NCBI RefSeq assembly: GCF_009914755.1
Contig: NC_060935.1
Origin: the human T2T-CHM13v2.0 reference genome, Homo sapiens
Reading direction: 5' to 3' (one strand)
Length of the DNA: 64,000 bases
Made by a program: the position numbers and the translations under genes. How positions within the stretch are numbered: the stretch's first letter is position 1; each line of letters begins with the position of its first letter. This document shows, in pieces, positions 62,150-64,000 of the stretch. The notes beneath the pieces were generated by a model. The model saw only the letters and a program-made list of their open reading frames with translations, was not told the DNA's origin and ran no database searches.

Positions 62150-63150
62150 AGGGCTTCTAGGAAGTCTCTCATCCCAGGGATCTTGCTGACTCAGTAGCTT
62201 TCCTGCCCCTCCTGCCATGCCCGCCCAACCTCAGTAGCTGCTGGAGGGGATTTGTATGCCATCAGGATTTTGTAAAGAAAAGAGGGTGTGTGTTGGTAAG
62301 GAAGGAAGAAGCCAACATTTATTAAGGTCCTATTGTGTGGCAGGCACATTCGCAAGCATCGCTTCCGGCCAGCCCTTGGCCCTGTGAGGTGCACTTGCAT
62401 TGAGCCGTCATTGTGGGGATGAAATATGGTGCAGCCCGGGAGACTCCTGAGGGACAAGTCAGCAGTGTGAGGAGGGGACAGAGGCCAGCCTGGTTTCCCA
62501 GCACAAAGAAAGAGGAGCCTGGGGGCAGGGAGCATCCAGCTTGGGGAGGGCCTACAGATCAGGGGTGGAGTTTGACTTCTTTCTGGGAGTTTGACTTCTT
62601 TCTGGGACAGCAGGAAGCGCGTTAAAGGGCCAGGCGAGTTTGAGAGAGGATCAAATGAACTCTTCGGAAGGACATGGCCGTTGAGTGGAGATGGGGGTCA
62701 GAGGGACCTCCATAAGGCTCCTTCCACTCGTGGGACCTTGAGCTGGACAGGCTGTGCGGTAGCCCTGTCGTTTGTCTACACGCGAAATATCTCTACAGCA
62801 CGTTCTTACCACGATCTGATTCCCTGTAAAATCCCCAGGAGGGGGCAGCACAGGCCTCAGTCTCCCCTTTGGGAGAGAGGTCCAGGGAACACCACAGGCT
62901 TCCCCAAGACCACCCCAGGATGAGTCACTGGGCCAGGATTGGAATCCAGACTCCGTAGGCGGTCTGCTGCCAGGACTCTGGGTCCTGGGAGGGAAGAGGC
63001 CGGAAGGCCAGGGCCCAGCCCGGGTCAGCAAGCACCCATCACCCGAGCATTGCCCGGCTGGCCCGGCTCAAAATAGCTTTCCAGACACAAGGAAATATTT
63101 TATCCCACTCCGTTTTCCCACACAAAAAAAATAAACATCCCCAAATCTCA
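62150..63150. promoter_or_regulatory. Candidate enhancer (STAT, AP-1/MAF, ETS and RUNX motif cluster)
   Basis: GC-rich, largely unique DNA with retained CpGs; motifs listed in findings. Confidence 0.45.
62567..62607. repeat. Perfect 19-bp tandem duplication GGAGTTTGACTTCTTTCTG x2
   Basis: Read directly. Confidence 0.95.
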
Positions 63151-63499
63151 ATGGGGCCAGACTCCGAAGAGGGGGGAAGGGGAACAAGAACATGGCTGGC
63201 TGCCCACTGAGAAGTCCGGTATTTGTCCTTTTAGTTCCTTTCTTGGGGTCAAGACTTTGCTTCCTGATATGAGCGTGGAGACTCCCACTGCTTTCCCAGT
63301 GGGGACTGGCTTTCCCTTGGTGTTAGGCTGCCCTTTCCCAGGGGTCACACACCTCAGACATTGTGATGCAGATGGGACAGCTGCAGGGACCATACATGGA
63401 AGGGTTAAGAAGCATATGACACAGCTCTGCCCTTGACGGGCTTACACGCCACTGGGAGGCATGGCTGGGCTTCCTCTCTCCCTGAGGAGCTCTTGGACA

Positions 63500-63730
63500 C
63501 TGGGGAAGAGAAGACTAATATTTCCTGAGAGCCAACTGTGTGCCTGGTACACACCAGGCTCTTCCAAAGACACAATCCCATTTGACCCTCACCATAAGCC
63601 TTTGAGGCAGGTGAGGCTATGAGGCTATTATCACTTCCCATTTTACAGATGAAGAAACTGAGACTTGGGGCAGGCATGATCTGTGCAAGGTTTCAGAACC
63701 AGGGAATGGTAGACCGAGGACTTGATTTTA
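63500..63730 (-). mobile_element. MIR
   Basis: cccattttacagatgaagaaactgagac core. Confidence 0.8.
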
Positions 63731-63914
63731 CACAGGTGGCTGTAAGGCTGCACTTGGCGTCATGCTGGCATTGGTAGGGCCCACCTGGAGGCTGGTGGGT
63801 GGTGAAATGAGCCGGGGCTTGCTTGCGCACAGAGCTCCCGTTCTTCCCTTGGGTTGTGGTAAACCCAGTCCCTAGTGTCCCAGGACCTGACTGGGAAGGC
63901 AGAAATGAGGCTGC

Positions 63915-64000
63915 TGTTATGGATTGAATTGTGTTCCCCTAAAAGGTAAGTTGAAGTCCTACCACCCCCGACATACCTGTGAATGTAACCCTATTTGGAA
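63915..64000 (+). mobile_element. MLT1 (MaLR) LTR start, running off the window
   Basis: TGTTATGGATTGAATTGTGTTCCCC...gttgaagtcct...gaatgtaaccctatttggaa. Confidence 0.85.

Noticed and set aside
63779-63796. CTCF-like CCACCTGGAGGC
   Set aside because: Mismatches at high-information core positions on both strands.

Overview
This is human/primate genomic DNA: AT-rich, Alu/L1-dense and spliced with GT-AG introns. Bases 1-~35.8 kb hold the 3' half of EMSY (C11orf30, 11q13.5) on the + strand. I reconstructed ten phase-consistent coding exons (6850-33840, 2285 coding nt, about 761 residues of the low-complexity C-terminal region), including a 42-nt micro-exon missed by the ORF track, plus a ~1.4-1.9 kb 3'UTR with four AATAAA signals. 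Bases ~36-60 kb are intergenic and mostly transposon relics: Alu, a 5'-truncated L1PA, old L1M, L2, MIR, Tigger1, LTR16, MLT2 and MER5. Bases ~60.7-64 kb are a GC-richer, motif-dense stretch towards LRRC32, a region known for immune-disease risk variants and a Treg enhancer. Nearly all other ORFs in the track are Alu, L1, Tigger or chance ORFs. I do not see a convincing wholly new biological system. The best leads are: (1) a frame-symmetric splicing cassette in EMSY with a micro-exon, an in-frame alternative acceptor, competing inverted Alus and QKI/RBFOX motifs; (2) candidate poison exons; (3) an L1 insertion that appears to have deleted host DNA; (4) repeated same-site Alu insertions; (5) template-switch scars; (6) 3'UTR and enhancer motif clusters. 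Repeat subfamily calls come from remembered consensus sequences and their boundaries are approximate.
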